Shown here piece by piece: positions 49,368 to 63,762 of a stretch of 64,000 nucleotides of DNA. The notes under the pieces were generated by a model that was not told the DNA's origin, searched no databases, and saw nothing but the letters and a program-made list of their open reading frames with translations. Origin of the DNA: Takakia lepidozioides (Eukaryota; Plantae; Bryophyta); assembly GCA_030704615.1 (NCBI GenBank), contig CM060731.1, positions 36,456,001-36,520,000 on the forward strand, in the 5' to 3' direction. Numbering within the stretch: the first letter of the stretch is position 1; each line of letters starts with the position of its first letter. The position numbers and the translations under genes were made by a program.

Positions 49368-49836
49368 AACATAGACGGTTGGAGGATTTATGATCTTTTC
49401 ACTTTTTATTCTTTATTTTTTTAATATTCCCTGTTTGCGTTGGATGAACAGACTTCTCACAACGAACGAATTATTCTCCCGAGGGAGGTAAGAAAGGAAA
49501 GAAGAAAAGGAAAGGGAAAAGAAAAGGGAGACGAAGAGGAAGATGAAAGTAGACTGAGACAAGAGAGAGAAGAGAGTCTAGTAGGAACAAGGCACGTTGA
49601 GGCCTGCTCCAGACATCCTTCCCGGCCGGGGATCCGTGCCCTGATTCATTCTTACGATATGCCATTCAGGGATCGGCTTGCCGCTCTCTCTCGCATGTGA
49701 TAGATGTGTGACGTGAGAAGGATTGGGAGTGAAGAGGGGTTGAAGGATTTGAGAGGGGAAGAAGGGGAGGGGAGGGGAAATAGAGAATTGATTATGCATC
49801 ACTAGTGCATGCTGTGAGCAACTGGACAGACTGATC

Positions 49837-52800
49837 ATGAAGGCCAAGAAGAAGCGGGGCGTGGAGGCGGTATGAACAATCGTACTCTTTTTGCTCAGAA
49901 GAGGGATGGATGATGCAGTTATGTTTAGAGTGGTGAAGTTAGTGCGAGCGAGTGCGATGTTGTTATAGTGGATCATGCTTGGGCCTCGTATGCTTATTTG
50001 ATGGAGGCGGTATGGCCAATTCACCTTTCTGTTTGCTAGAGGATTTCTAGGGTTTGCTGGAAAGGGCTGTTGCCGGAGATGTAGGCACTGGATAGGAGCT
50101 CATATGCATTTGTAAGCTAATGAAGGAGAGGTCAGGGGCTTAGACTCAGGCTACTCCACTCTTGTTTCTTGATACAAGAGGGGGATGGCTGGATGTGGAG
50201 TATGATGTACTCGCTAAGGCGATGGTGCAACGTTATATCACGGTTGATTACTAGATTACCATTCATATGCGGTGACTTTGTATGCTTGGTTGTCTTTTGA
50301 GTAGTGGCATTCTTTAGCTGTAGTAGTGAAGTGGTGGCTTTATTGCTCTTTTCTCCTCTCAGTAGAGGCGGGTCATAGCGCTGATTAGGTAGGCATTGGA
50401 CCAGGTATGACTGCAGCCATACCCGAGGAGGTCCTTCCCTTGGATCAGGCAATTCACATCTTAGGACAAACAATTGTGGATAGGATGATTAGGCTGTAGT
50501 GGCAGGCTATCCTTAAACTTCTAGCGATAGCTCTACTGAAACGTGCTGTCTGGGTGTTTCTGTGATTGAACCTGGCCTCAGGCGATCATTTTAACTATTG
50601 AATTTGCTGGGCAAATGAAGCTTGGTTAGGGTTGGGCTATACTCAAGTTGGTGACGTCTTCTGCAGTTATTACATTATAATGTTAGCTTCTTGGGGAGGG
50701 GGGTTGGGATCCCTAATTGTAGGGTATCTTATGAACAACGTTTAATTACACCACCATTACCAACTGTGTACTTCATGTTGGCAGAGCTGTGTTGCCGGGA
50801 AGTGCCCGATTGATGATGGGCGAAATATGAGTTTTATCTAGATTTATGTGAGTTGGGCAGGATGGATTGGTACAGGTTGGGAATTTGGAGAGAAACCTGA
50901 GGCAAAGGCCAAGGCCAAGTGTAGAAGTTCAGATCCATACTTACACCACTTAGGTTATTTGGAGTAGAAGGATTGTCCCTGTCAATTTTTAAATATCATT
51001 TTGGTATCCTATATCTCCTCCGGACGATGAGAGTTGTCAAGTCACACTCAAAATTTCCCAATCAGATGTAGCTCTGTGATCAGCTCACAGAGTAGGGTTC
51101 CGTCCCAATTTGTCCCAATTGCATGTTCATTCTCCAGCAGTTGGAGGCAGGAATAGGCATCATTGCGCTCTCTGTTGGCATTGTGGGAGAGTGGCTGGAA
51201 GCTTTTCCTTCTGGTAGATCGCTTGGGTGAAGGTGGTATTTTGTGGATGCTAGTGATAACAGGTCGGTCCCACATCTCCTGGAACTTTTTTGAGAATCAT
51301 TGACAGTTAAGGCTGATGGTCAGTTTGCATGGCAGCCTGTGAAAGTGAGGACCTTCATCAACAGCATCCTCAGCACTCCCCTTGAGAATATTGAGGTGCC
51401 TCTTTCTAGATTCAGTTGGGAGTATGAAAAGGTACATAAGGCTATACCAATTGTTCCCCTGTCTTTTCTATGTCTGTCTGGGATGGTGTTTTACAATGTA
51501 AGGTAGGTGAGGGATGAAATATGTTTGCCTGTGTCTCTCTCCCCTCTTCTATGTAGGAAAGACCTTGTGCTGCACTGCATATGCCCCACATGCTAGGCTT
51601 CTGGCAGTCGTACTCTCCTCCCTTTGTTTGTGAGCCTTTGGTTGCAAAGGAAAAGCCTCTCCTATTGCTGCCTGTCCTATGTATATTTTTCAACCTGTCT
51701 GCTATGAGGGCACTAAACCATTCCGGTCTTCAGTGTCTGGTTTTTGGTTTTCAATTCTTTTCAGCTCTCTTGCTCATAGTATATAGACCCACATAAGTTA
51801 TTTAGATTCTTTTTGTCATCTCTCCTTTTGTTTGTCTTACATTTCATTCTGTTTCTTCGCATTCTGAAATCCTCTTGCCATGGGCGTTTCTCAGAACTCT
51901 GATGGAGTTTGGTTGCATTGCAGGGTGACTTCTATCACTGGGTCGATTTGTTGAATCACTTCGAGGCTTTTTTTGAAAAGTATGTAAAACCTAGAAAAGA
52001 TTTGCAGCTGGAAGGTGAATTTCTGGAGGGAGATAACCCTTTTCCAAAGGAGGCAGTTTTGCAAATTCTTAGGGTGACACGAATCATCCTAGAAAACTGC
52101 ATGAACAAATATTTGTACAGTTCAAATGAGGTATTGTTCTAATGGCAGCATGTCTCAACTTTGTTGCACGTAGTTTTCTAGGATGACAGAAGGTGACATC
52201 TAGCTAGCTCAAAATATAGGTCCATCATCCCATATATTTTATCTGATATTATCCTCTTAAACTACTGTTGTAGTATTTGTCTGGCTGTCATATGGAAACT
52301 TCTAACCTCCGGTAGCATCTTTAATTCTGAATATGATTACAGATAAGTATGTTCATATCTGTTTGGCCTGAAATGAGCAATCAATGGTCTATGGATGCAG
52401 CATGTGTCTTCATTATTTGCTTCAACGGACCCAGATGTAGTTATTGCGGCATTGCATACATTGGCAGCATTTGTGAAGAAGCCTGTGCAGTCAAACCGGG
52501 CAATGCGATGGCCTGGAGACTCAGCCTTGAACGCCCGTCTTTTCTCCTTGTCTCAAGGTTGGGGGGGAAAAGAGGAAGGTTTAGGATTATTGGCTTGTGC
52601 TGTAGAGAGTGGATGTGACAGCGATGCTTGCAAACTCGGGGCTACATTGCACTTTGAGTTTTATGCAGAGGGTGATGCTGCGAATGGGACGGATGCAAAA
52701 CCATCTGGATTGCAAGTAATCCACATCTCCAACCTTCATATGCAAGTAGAGGGGGATCTTCAGCTGTTGAAGAAGCTTGTGGATGAATATATGGTACCCC

Positions 52801-55800
52801 CCAGCCTTAGATTCTCACTGCTCACGCGGCTGCGGTTTGCAAGGGCATTTGCGTGCCTTACCTCTAGGAGGCAATATATTTGTGTGCGGCTTCTTGCTTT
52901 CACAGTGCTACTTCAGTCGAATCCTGATCATGAAGACCTTACAGCCTTTTTCATCAATGAGCCTGAGTTTGTGGATGAATTAGTGACAGTTTTGCGGTGT
53001 GAGGACACCGTCCCAGAGGACATTCGCATTCTAGCAGTCTTGGCTTTGGCAGCACAGTCCCAAGACAGGCCCCGACAATCCAATGTCTTGAATGTGATAA
53101 GTGCAGGCGGGCATCGCGGCATTTTGCCCAGTCTCATGCAGAAAGCAATTGGGTCGATCACTGAAGGGGCATTTGGATGCTCAGTTGCCTTTGTGGAGTC
53201 CCTTCTCTCTCTTGTCACTGTTCTTGTGTCATCATCAGTGGGCTGTGCTGCTTTGAGGGAAGCCGGTTTGATTCCCACTCTTCTCCCTCTTTTGAAGGAC
53301 ATGGACCCCCAACGCACACATCTAGTCAGCTCGGCTGTCCACATTCTCGAAGCTTTTATGGATTACAGCAACCCCGCAGGTACCCTGTTCCGGGATCTAG
53401 GAGGGCTGGATGACACAGTTGCAAGGTTGAGAGTTGAAGTTACTCGCGTAGAAGAGGGGGCAATGAAGCAGCGGGAAGAAGCTCAATCAGATAGCAAGGG
53501 AAAGGCCCCTATGATGGAGGATGGGGACTTGCAACAGCTGTCTGCTGGAGTATTGTCAGAGACCCTTATTCCATACCACCAAAGATTACTTCTCAAGGCC
53601 TTGCTCCGGGCCATTGCTCTAGGCACCTATGCCCCAGGTAGTTCGGCAAGGCTCCATGGGGCAGAAGAGAGTGCGTTGCCTGCCTGCCTTTGCACTATTT
53701 TCAGGCATGCTAAGGAGTTTGGAGGGGGTGTTTTCGCATTGGCAGCATCAGTTATGAGTGATCTCATTCACAAGGACCCCACTTGTTTTACTGCCCTCGA
53801 TGGTGCAGGCCTTCCTGCTGCATTTTTGGACGCCATTACATCGGGTGTGTTACCTTCATCAGAGGCCGTTGGCTGCATTCCCAACAGTTTGGATGCTCTC
53901 TGCCTTAACAATTCAGGCTTGCAGTCAGTCCGGGACCGTAATGCTCTCGGTTGTTTTGTCAAGATTTTTACATCAAAGGTGTATGTACGTGCGTTAGCCA
54001 ATGACACACCAGGGACTCTTGCTTCAGGGCTTGATGAGTTAATGCGACACGCACCCACGCTTCGTGGACCAGGCATTGACACATGTATAGACATTTTGAA
54101 GACCATTGCAACCATCGGAGGAGCAGCAGGAGAGCCCCCAGCTGCAGCCTCTCTACCTGAGCCTGCCAACGGAGATGTCCCTGTGCCTATGGATACAGAC
54201 ACAGAAGACAGACCTTGTGGTGCAGTTTCAGGTGAAGAAACAATCAAAGCATCAGGCCAATCGAAGCAAATCTCTGAACCTGTGCCTGATGTCTCCGGCT
54301 CAAATGTAGAGGCCTTCCTGCCTGAATGCATCAACAATGCCGTGCGGCTTCTGGAGACTGTGCTTCAAAATGCAGATACAAGCCGTGTGTTTATTGAGAA
54401 GAAAGGGATTGAAGCTTTGCTTCAGCTGTATACCCTACCTCATTTGCCTGTCTCTTTCGGGGGCTCGTCCACTGCACATAACATGTCAGTCACCTTCCGA
54501 GCTTTCTCACCCCAACATTCTGCAGCACTTACTCGGGCAGTGTGTGGTGGCCTTAGAGAACATTTGAAGGTGACCCTGGACCAGCTAAACCTGGTCACTG
54601 GAACAAAATTGTCAGACTTGGAGAGTGGATTGCGGAACAGGGCAGTGCGCTTGCTGTCGGCAGCCGAGTGTTTTCTTTCTTTGTCCTCTGTTCTGGTTAG
54701 GAGTTCAGCTGCCATGATGGCAGAGTTGAGCTCTGGGTCGGCAGAAATATTGCATGATGTTGGGGAGGTTCACAGGAAAGTTCTTTGGCAAATATCAATG
54801 TTTGATGATGCCAAAGTAGATGTGAAAAAGGATACAGATGTCGGGAGCGGCAGCACTGCTGCAAGTGTAGGTGTAGGAACAGGTCAAAGGGAAGGGGAAG
54901 ATGAGACAGATGTTTATCCTGTAGTGAGATACGTGAATCCGGTACAGTTGCGCAATGGACCATCCTCTCATTGGGGTGTAGGGCCTGACTTTCTACCTGT
55001 CCTCCACACCGGCGATGGTCCTCACCGGCGTGCCCGCAGGGACCATGCATCAAATGCTGAAACTCTCAGTCACATTGCGCGTTTGGGTCGCCTTGCCCGT
55101 CATGCAGAGGCCAGTCAAGCTGACTTAGAGGGTGCTGCTAGCCTCACTGAGCCGTCTCCGGTTGCAGAATCAGGGAAACGAAAGTCTCCAGAATCTCTGA
55201 ACTATGAGATGCTGAACAGGCTCGCATCAGCTGCCCGTTCGCTTTATGTGGCTTTGGGGAAAGCCATGGTGGTCCCTTCTCGCCGTCGTGATGACACTGT
55301 GCCCTTGAGTGTGGCTGCCAAGTCAGTGGCCGCTGCACTTGCTAAGCTTCTTCGCAACAATCTGAGCTTTGATGGGCACAGGGGAGCATCTCAGTCAGAG
55401 CCCTCCATTTCAGTCAAATGTCAGTACTTGGGGAAGGTAGTTGAGGACGTTCTAGCGGTGGTTTTCGACAGTCGACGGCGAACTTGCAACACTGTGCTAG
55501 TGAATAGCTTGTTTGGGCACGGAGCATTTAAGCAACTCCTGGCCACTTTTGAAGCAACGAGCCAGCTGCTGTGGACAGTTCCACAGAGCTCATGGGGATC
55601 TCCCATGGAAACGGAGAACGGAAAGGCGGAAGGTGAAAAAAGTGAGGAGAAATCAGAGAGCAACTCCTGGCTACTTGATACGTTGCGAAACTATGCACGA
55701 CTGTTGGAGCACTTGGTAACTTCTTCTCTGTTGTTGACTCCCCCATCAATGGCACAGATGCTGGTTCAGTCTGTGTCAGGTGGGTCAGTGACTGTGCCAA

Positions 55801-58800
55801 AGGAACCGGAGGTGTTCATCCGGACCTTGCAAACCCAGGTGCTGGAAGTTGTACTTCCTATCTGGAATCACCCAATGTTTCCGCAATGCAGTTCTAGTTT
55901 CATAACATCTATTGCAGCCATCATCACGCATGTCTACACAGGCATAGGAGATGTGAAAGGGAGTCGAGCAGCAGGGGTAGGTACTGGTGGGGCACGTCTT
56001 GGCCCCCCTCCTGATGAATCTTCAATATCAATGATTGTGGAGATGGGATTTCCACGCGCGAGGGCAGAAGAAGCACTTCGTCGTGTGGATACTAACAGTG
56101 TTGAGATGGCTATGGAGTGGTTGTTTACCCATCCGGAGGAGGCAGCACAGGTAATTTAGCTTGTACATGTTGATTTCCTTTTAATGTTCACAAATTGTTG
56201 TTTCCTGCTTTTTATAAAGTTTGTTGATATGAGATATTTCTTTCCTACATTTACTTCCACAAGACATATCAGTGTGACCTTGACTTACCTTGACTTACAA
56301 GTTGGCTTTAACAGTTTGTGTGCTTTGTTAGTCTTGCTTGGTGGATTGTACGAAGACTAATGACATTTGTAACGCACTGGATCTATTCAACACATTTTAC
56401 TCCTTGTGGGGCGTTTTACTACCAGGAGGATGATGAACTGGCAAGGGCCCTTGCCCTGTCACTCGGTAATGATGGACCACCTAAAGAGGATGCGACAGCT
56501 GGAAGCAAAGGAAAAGAAGCTTCTCCAGAGGAAGAGGGAACACAAGCTCCTCCCATAGAGGACATGCTTTCCACATGCATGAACCTCTTACAGAACACAG
56601 ATGCGGTAGCTTTTCCTTTGACAGACTTACTGGTCACTATGTGTAACCGGAACAAGGGCCAGGACCGTCCTCGCGTCATCTCCCACCTCATACAACAATT
56701 GAAGGTCTGTAAAGTGGAGGAATCGACCAGTGATACAAGCCCACTATCAACCATATCTCACACACTGGCTTTAGTCTTGAGCGAAGACAGCACTGCCCGA
56801 GAGATTGCGGCTTCGAATAGCCTAGTGAATATAGCTCTGGATGCTCTTACATGTTTCCATCCTGCTGAGGACAGTGTGAAGGCTGAGGTTCCCAAGTGGG
56901 TCACAGCTCTCTTGCTCATCCTAGGTCACATGCTGCAAAACAAATCAAAAATCAATGGAGATGCTGTGAATGGGTCAGCTGCAACAAGCAATAGTGGGGC
57001 GGTGAGCTTGGAGGTCCTTCCCTCTGAGGGACAAAAGCCTGTCTCTCAGGATGGGCAGAAGGAGAAGGATGCAAACCCATTTGTTGCCATACTGGGAAAG
57101 CCAACAGGGTACATGACAGATGATGAGCAACGAAGAGCTATGGCTGTTGCTGGTGTCTTTCTTCACATGCAGTTGCCATCCTCAGCAGTACAGGCTGTGC
57201 TCCAACTTTGTGCACGGCTAACGAAGACACACTCAGTAGCCATGCAGTTCTTGGATGCAGGGGGGTTGACTGCGTTGCTGAGCCTTCCCAGGAGCTGCCT
57301 TTTTTCAGGGTTTGACAGTGTGGCTTCTGCTATTATTCGTCATGTTCTAGAGGATCCCCAGACACTTCAGCAAGCTATGGAGTCCGAGATTCGTCATACT
57401 CTAGCTGCTACTCTGTCACGCCACAATGGTCGTGTGTCTCCCCGCATGTTCTTAACAGCCATGGCACCTGTCGTGTCACGTGATCCTTCAATTTTCATGC
57501 AGGCTGCAGCCATGGTCTGCCAGATTGAGACAGTGGGGGGCCGCCCAACCATCATTCAGGCCAAGGAGAAAGAGAAGGACAAAGATAAGGACAAAGATAG
57601 AGACAAGGAGAAGGAGAAGGATAAAGAGAAGTTAAAGACTGTTTCCTCTACTGGGGAGACAGGAGGTGTGGGTGCAGGCACAGTAGATGGAAGCTTAAAG
57701 GCTCATGATGCATCTAACAAATCGGGTAAGGGACATCATCACAAAAAGGTGCCTCAAAGCTTTTCGCAGGTCATTGATCAGTTGCTGGAGGTTATTCTTC
57801 ATTATCCACCACCTGACAAGGAAGATGATCAATCAACCAAGGATGGCAGCATTGCTATGGAAGTGGACGATTTTGCAGTCAAGGATAAGGGCAAGGCAAA
57901 GGTAGCTAACATCCTCATAGCGGCCCTCAAGCTAGAGGGTGATTCAGACATTCCAGAGAGCTCTGCAGCATTGGCCAAGGTGACCTTCATTTTGAAGCTT
58001 ACCACTGAGGTTTTGCTTATGTATTCATCGGCTGTGACTGTAGTTTTGCGGAGGGATTCAGAGAGCAGTCAAGGAAGAGGCCCGTGTCAGGGAGGGGCAG
58101 AGGCGATCGGGCATGGAGGCCTTTTGTATCATGTCCTTCACAGGTTACTTCCATATCCTGGTGAGAAGGCTAGTGACAAGCTCAGTGAGGATGAGTGGAG
58201 GGAGAAATTGTCGGACAAAGCTGCGTACTTCCTTATGGCAGTGTGTGTGAGATCAGGGGAAGGCAGGAGACGAGTAGTGGTGGAGATTGCGAGGGCCTTT
58301 ACTGCTGCTGCTGCCACCACACACAGTCCCAGTTTGGAGGTGGGAACTTTTAAGGGCCTGCAGGCCCCACACAAAAAAGTTCGGGCCTTTGTCGATCTTG
58401 TGAACTCAATTCTCTCCTCTCATTCCTCATCAGGGAATGCTCAGGCTCCTGGGTTCTCCACGGACATGGCAAAGACTATGATGGATGCTGGTATGGTGCA
58501 AGCATTGACTCACACTCTCCAGGTAAGGTCATCGTAATTTTGAAAGTATCACATTTAATAGGGCTTCATTGCTATGCTTCTCTGAATGACTTGTAATTCA
58601 CACACGGCCCCCAACACAGATCCTTGAGCACTAAGATGGTGAAGGTGGCAACTAACACACTCTTACTTTGGTGGACTTCAGGTGATAGACTTGGACCATC
58701 CAGATGCACCCAAGTTAGTGAATGCTGTCCTGAAAGCACTGGAGGCTCTAACCAGGGCTCCCAGTAGCAGCGAGCAAGTGTTTGGCTCTGAGGTCAGTAA

Positions 58801-61800
58801 CCAGAAAAAGTCTACCATGGGTGAGAGACCATCTGAGCAACGACCTGAAGCCCCAAATGAGCAGGGGGCAGCAGAGGCCCGGCGAGAAGGGGAGGTCCTA
58901 TTGCACTCAAGAGATGAACCCATGTCTGATTCTGTGCCACAAGAGACTGTGGCTCTGGAGGGAGTCCTTCCAGTCCCCACTGGGAGCGGTGACAGTAGTC
59001 GGGATGAGCAGATGGAGCATGACATGGGGCTGGATAGAGAGGAAGAGGTACACTACCCAAGGAGACCTGAATAGTATTAGTACAAGGTTCAGGTTGTTCA
59101 AGAAAACCTGCTCTGCCTCTGTTGGTATATCACGGGAGCACTGTAGATTTGTGTGTTGGCTTGTTCAAGGACTCAACAACTTGGATCTAGTCTGGGAGGC
59201 AAGTACTTGTTGGAATAAGTTCAGGTTTTGTTTGGTTAGCATTGAGTTGTATTTAAGCAAGTGTTCCCTGCTCCAGGCATGCTTAGATGCAGAGGCTGAG
59301 GAGGAGGAGTTTATGCGTGAGGCAGTTGAGGATGCGGTTGAGCTGGAAAATGTTGCTGCTGAGATGGCATACCGCATGGAGCATGGCACAGAAGACGAAA
59401 TTGTGGATGAGGATGAGGATGAGGATGACATGGACGGTGATGATGGTGATGATGATGGTGAAGAGGAGGAGGAGGATGAGGAGGAAGAGGAGGATGAAGA
59501 TGACATGGAAGGTGATGAAGGTACTGAGTCTATGCGAGAATAAGAGATGCACCCTGAAGATTTTTGTTTTTGCTAACGTGAGGGCCATAGAACCCTGCAC
59601 CTTGTTTGGATAGAGTGATATAGGGAGGGGTTAGAGGAAGGGCACTGGAGTAAAATGCACACTGCTGAAGGCTGGCTCCAGCAGTGGTATTTGTCTATTA
59701 TATTAAGTTGATTTAACTCTTTCGGCTTAACCATCATCCATTGGATATACATCCCAGAAAACCCAAGAATGGCTACAGGATTGAGCTGACCTGAACATGT
59801 CTTCGCTGGTTTTGATGGATTGGATAGTATCAGGATTGTTTTACGGTCTTGAAACCACTGAGAAGTGCCTTGGGGTCTCCAGTGGCGCCTAAGGAGCTGT
59901 CCAAAAGTTCTGCATCTGGAATTCCTCTTGTCTAGGTTTTGTTCAGCTCTGGAATGGCGGGCTTCCTAGAAAGCCGTATTTATGTGCAATTCATTGTGAT
60001 GCATTTAGTATTCCTAATGTGTTTTAGGAGGAAACTGTGGTAGAGTAGTGTTTTCTGTGGCTGTACTCTCTGGCTACCTTTATGTATTGCAGGGTCACTT
60101 CACACATCAAAGGATGGTGGTATGGTACTTGAGGGACGTGTTACTACATGTTGATAGTATAGTGCTCTCCATCTGAGCTTGCTGCACAGAGTAGAGTGTA
60201 AAAAGATTACTATGGTGATGATGATGATAAAGGAGTGAATCTGTTTTTTCTGCATTTATTGAACCAAGTTTTCCTATTTTCTGTGACAGTTGTTTAATAC
60301 TACTTGTAAATTTGGGTTCGTCCTGAATTTACAAAGGGTTGTTCATGAATGCAGGGGTTCCTCATCTCTCACCCCCTGACACTGATGTTGAGGATCATGA
60401 AGACAATGGGCTGGGTGACGAGTATGAGGAAGATATGGTGGAAGAAGAGGACGAAGACGATGACTGGCGCGAGGATCGTGTGATTGAAGTGCGGTGGCGT
60501 GATGGGCTGACAGGGCTCAACCATGTCCAAGTGGGTGCCTTAAGTCTGGGGCTTGTAGTCCAGTAATGCTAGACATATGTTGTTGGGTTTGTTCTTAGGT
60601 ATGCTGCCCGGAAGTGAAAGCAACTAGTTCACCTGCTTAGGATTGTTGCAGTTTCTGACTAGTGCAACACCCATGCTTGCCAGGACTTACTGAAATTGGA
60701 AGAAAGATTGCAATGCAGGTACTGGGCCACACGGGCCCTGGAAATTTGGTTGATTTTACAGGAGACCCGTTTCACGGTATGAACATGGACGATGTCTTTG
60801 GCTCTTTCCGACGACCTGGAGGCAGTGACCGTAGGCGTCCTGCCGCTTACCGGCCATTTCCCGAACGGCCTGGTGGGGAACGTGGAGGGGCTTTTCACCA
60901 CCCTCTGCTGACAAGGCCATCCCCGACATCTGGGTCTGGATCAACTGCAGGAGTCACAAGTAGTTCTCTCTGGCCGAGCACTGGCAGCATTGTGCGGGAG
61001 GCAGAAAATTGGCTGGGGGGAGGAGCAGCACTGGATGTAACTCATTTCTACATGTATGATGGCCCCATGATGGCTGATCATACTGATGGACTCTTTGGAG
61101 AAAGGGGAGCAGGTGGCCCACCTCCTCTTCTTGACTTTTCAGTGGACCCTGTTTATCTTATGGGGCGACGAGGGGGCCGGACTGATGGCCGTTTGAGCAG
61201 CTGGACTGATGATGGTCAGCCCCAGGCAGGTGCACATGCTGCAGCAGTAGCCCAGGCTATTGAAGAACAGTTCATCTCACAGTTGCGGATTCTAGTCCCT
61301 GGAGATGAGCCCCTGTCAACCCAGATAGCGGGTGATGTCAGCGCCCCTGCCAGCACTGTGGCCACAGACGCAAGGGGTCCAGAGAATATTGTGGGAGCAG
61401 TGGAACCAGAGGCTTCCACCCGGGTCACTGACAGCAATATGAATGAGCAGCGGGGCAGTCTAAATGGAACAGAAGCGGAAACATGCAATGTGGAGGGTGG
61501 GAGTGCAAGTGGTGCAGAGGGTCTTCACTTATCAAGCAGCAGAATCAACGCAGCCAGGTTGGGTTCAGAGGGCCCCAATGGTAACCAAGCAAATGCTGAT
61601 CTGGATGTTCAGATGCAAGACGAGAGGAGCGAGCCTGTGGCACATGATACCGAGGCCGGCAGTCAAGACAGTGGTGGAAGTGGGGCTACTGTGGGGGAGA
61701 GTCTTCGCAGCTTGGAGGTAGAGATAGGGAGTGTCGATGGGCATGATGAAGGGGATCGGCCTATAGGCCCTGAGCGATTGAGAGCCAGTGAACTACAGCC

Positions 61801-63674
61801 AGCTAGTGCAGTGGACAGACAGGCAGGTAATGACAGAAGAGGAGAACAGGGTGGTGATACAGATGAAGATATGGAGGGTGCAGGGACTATTGGTCAGCAA
61901 AGGGGTGAGGCCGAGGGAACAGAGGGTCAGGCAGGTTTAGCTAGTGGACATGAAGAGGGAGCTGTATCTGCTGGGCAAGAGAATGATCCGTCTCAGCATG
62001 CTGTAAGTGGACAAAGGGAGGGCAGGGATGCTAGTATCAACTCAATTGATCCCACATTTCTTGAAGCACTGCCTGCAGACCTACGGGCAGAGGTGTTAGC
62101 GTCTCAGCAAACCCAAGCTGTGAGACCTGTCAATCCCCCTCCTCCTGCAGAGGAAATTGACCCAGAGTTTTTGGCAGCCCTGCCCCCTGACATCCAGGCA
62201 GAGGTGTTGGCACAGCAGCGGGCACAGCGGGCAGTACTAGCACATCATATTGAAGGGCAGCCCGTGGATATGGACAGTGCTTCAATCATTGCCACATTCC
62301 CAGCTGAACTGCGAGAGGAGGTCTGAGTTTTTATTTGCTTTTTACATCAACGGTTATGATGAGGGCAAGTTGAGAGCTGTAGCTAAATATTGTTCTACTG
62401 TGTTGAAGCTGTTACGTTGTTTCTGTCCACCTCTGTCACACTCTCTATCTCGCCCTCTCATACTATCAGTGTGAACCCCTGACAAAGGCAGCTTCTGTCC
62501 GTTTGTGTTCCGCTCAAACTGAGCACGGGGTCAATGGCCACAAGGCTATGGCAAACAACATCTTAATGTGTACATTCTATCTGTCTCCTCTCTCCAGGGA
62601 GTGTTCAGGTTGTTTACATGCCCTAGTGGTTTTATCTTGTAGTATTATTGTTTTTCATCGACCCTCTAGGCTTTCTGTGAGCACAACATATCTCTTTCAT
62701 CTCTTTTCTCTCTCCCTTTGTCAATGGCCACAAGGCTACGGCAAACAACATCTTATGAGTACATTCTCTCTCCCTTTTTGTGTACTTGATTTTTAGTCAA
62801 TATTGACTTCATACTTTGCTTGTGCTACTGAAATTTCCTCCAAAGACAGGTTTAGTTCTCTGAAAACACCACTCTGTTCTGTTGTCTATTGTAGGTTCTT
62901 TTGACATCGTCAGAGGCAGTATTGGCAGCTCTCCCACCAGCATTGCTCGCTGAAGCCCAACTACTACGGGAACGGGCAATGAACCAGTACCAAGCCCGTG
63001 GTCTCTTTGGGGGGGCCCATCGCATAGGGCACCGGCGAAATAACTTAGGAGTGGCTGCTGCTGCAGCCATGGATCGAGGAGTGGGAGCTGGAACGGCCCT
63101 CACTGTTGGCCGCAGACCTGTTGTTCTCAGTAGTAACACAAGGATGAAGGAGGCTGAAGGCAAGCCACTTGTTGACACTGCTGCTTTGAAGGCGATGCTC
63201 CGTCTTCTCCGATTAGCCCAGGTAGGGGAAATGTTTGTAGTTGCTTTGTTAGTTTACTTCAATGGTATCGCTTGTTGGTCCTTGGATGTCTATCTTCTAA
63301 GAGTCAATTTCCATGCTACTTTTGCAAACATACCTTTTAATATTCTTCAAGGGTATTCTGCTGTCTTCAGTAATTCCTGTAAGATCGTAGATGGTAAGGA
63401 AGCATGAAGGAAATCTCTGACTGCACAACTGAAGAAGGAACCACGTGATATGCTTTGTTGCAGCCCCTAGGGAAAGGACTGCTCCAACGGCTGTTGCTGA
63501 ATCTGTGTGCACATAGTGCAACGCGAGTGACATTGCTGCAGCTTTTGTTGGATATGCTGCGCCCAGAAGCAGAAGGTGTCTCCACAGGGGGAACATCTGC
63601 TGATGGAGCCCCATCACAGCGCTTGTATGGGTGCCAGTGGAATGTGGTCTATGCTCGCTCACAGCTTTCTGATG
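49837..63674 (+). CDS. UPL1: HECT E3 ubiquitin ligase UPL1/UPL2 (HUWE1/Tom1 family), 5' part; HECT domain lies beyond the window
   Basis: Exons 49837-49869, 51336-51431, 51924-52130, 52401-56150, 56426-58522, 58682-59047, 59277-59520, 60355-60530, 60719-62320, 62895-63221, 63464-63674. DUF908/913 armadillo region, UBA (EMGFPRARAEEAL), UIM (EDDELARALALSL), acidic tract, UBM repeats (IDPxFLxALP). Confidence 0.96.
62461..62575 (+). mobile_element. older ~115-bp 3'-end copy of LINE family A in a UPL1 intron
   Basis: Diverged match to the reverse complement of 2289-2400, flanked by TC-rich sequence. Confidence 0.8.
62720..62763 (+). mobile_element. 44-bp 3'-end copy of LINE family A with 14-bp TSD
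   Basis: GTCAATGGCCACAAGGCTACGGCAAACAACATCTTATGAGTACA between TTCTCTCTCCCTTT at 62706-62719 and 62764-62777. Confidence 0.9.
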
Positions 63675-63762
63675 GTAGGTTTTTCTTCAATTGTGGGGGA
63701 AATTATCATTCTCTATCACTCAACATGCAGATCTCTGTTCAATAGGGGATGTGGGTTATAAC

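Noticed and set aside
52928-59600. Antisense and alternate-frame ORFs over UPL1
   Set aside because: Shadow ORFs of a long coding sequence, e.g. poly-Ser opposite the acidic tract.
60215-60330. C/D snoRNA in a UPL1 intron
   Set aside because: The ATGATGA comes from a (GAT)n run; no terminal stem or recognisable guide.
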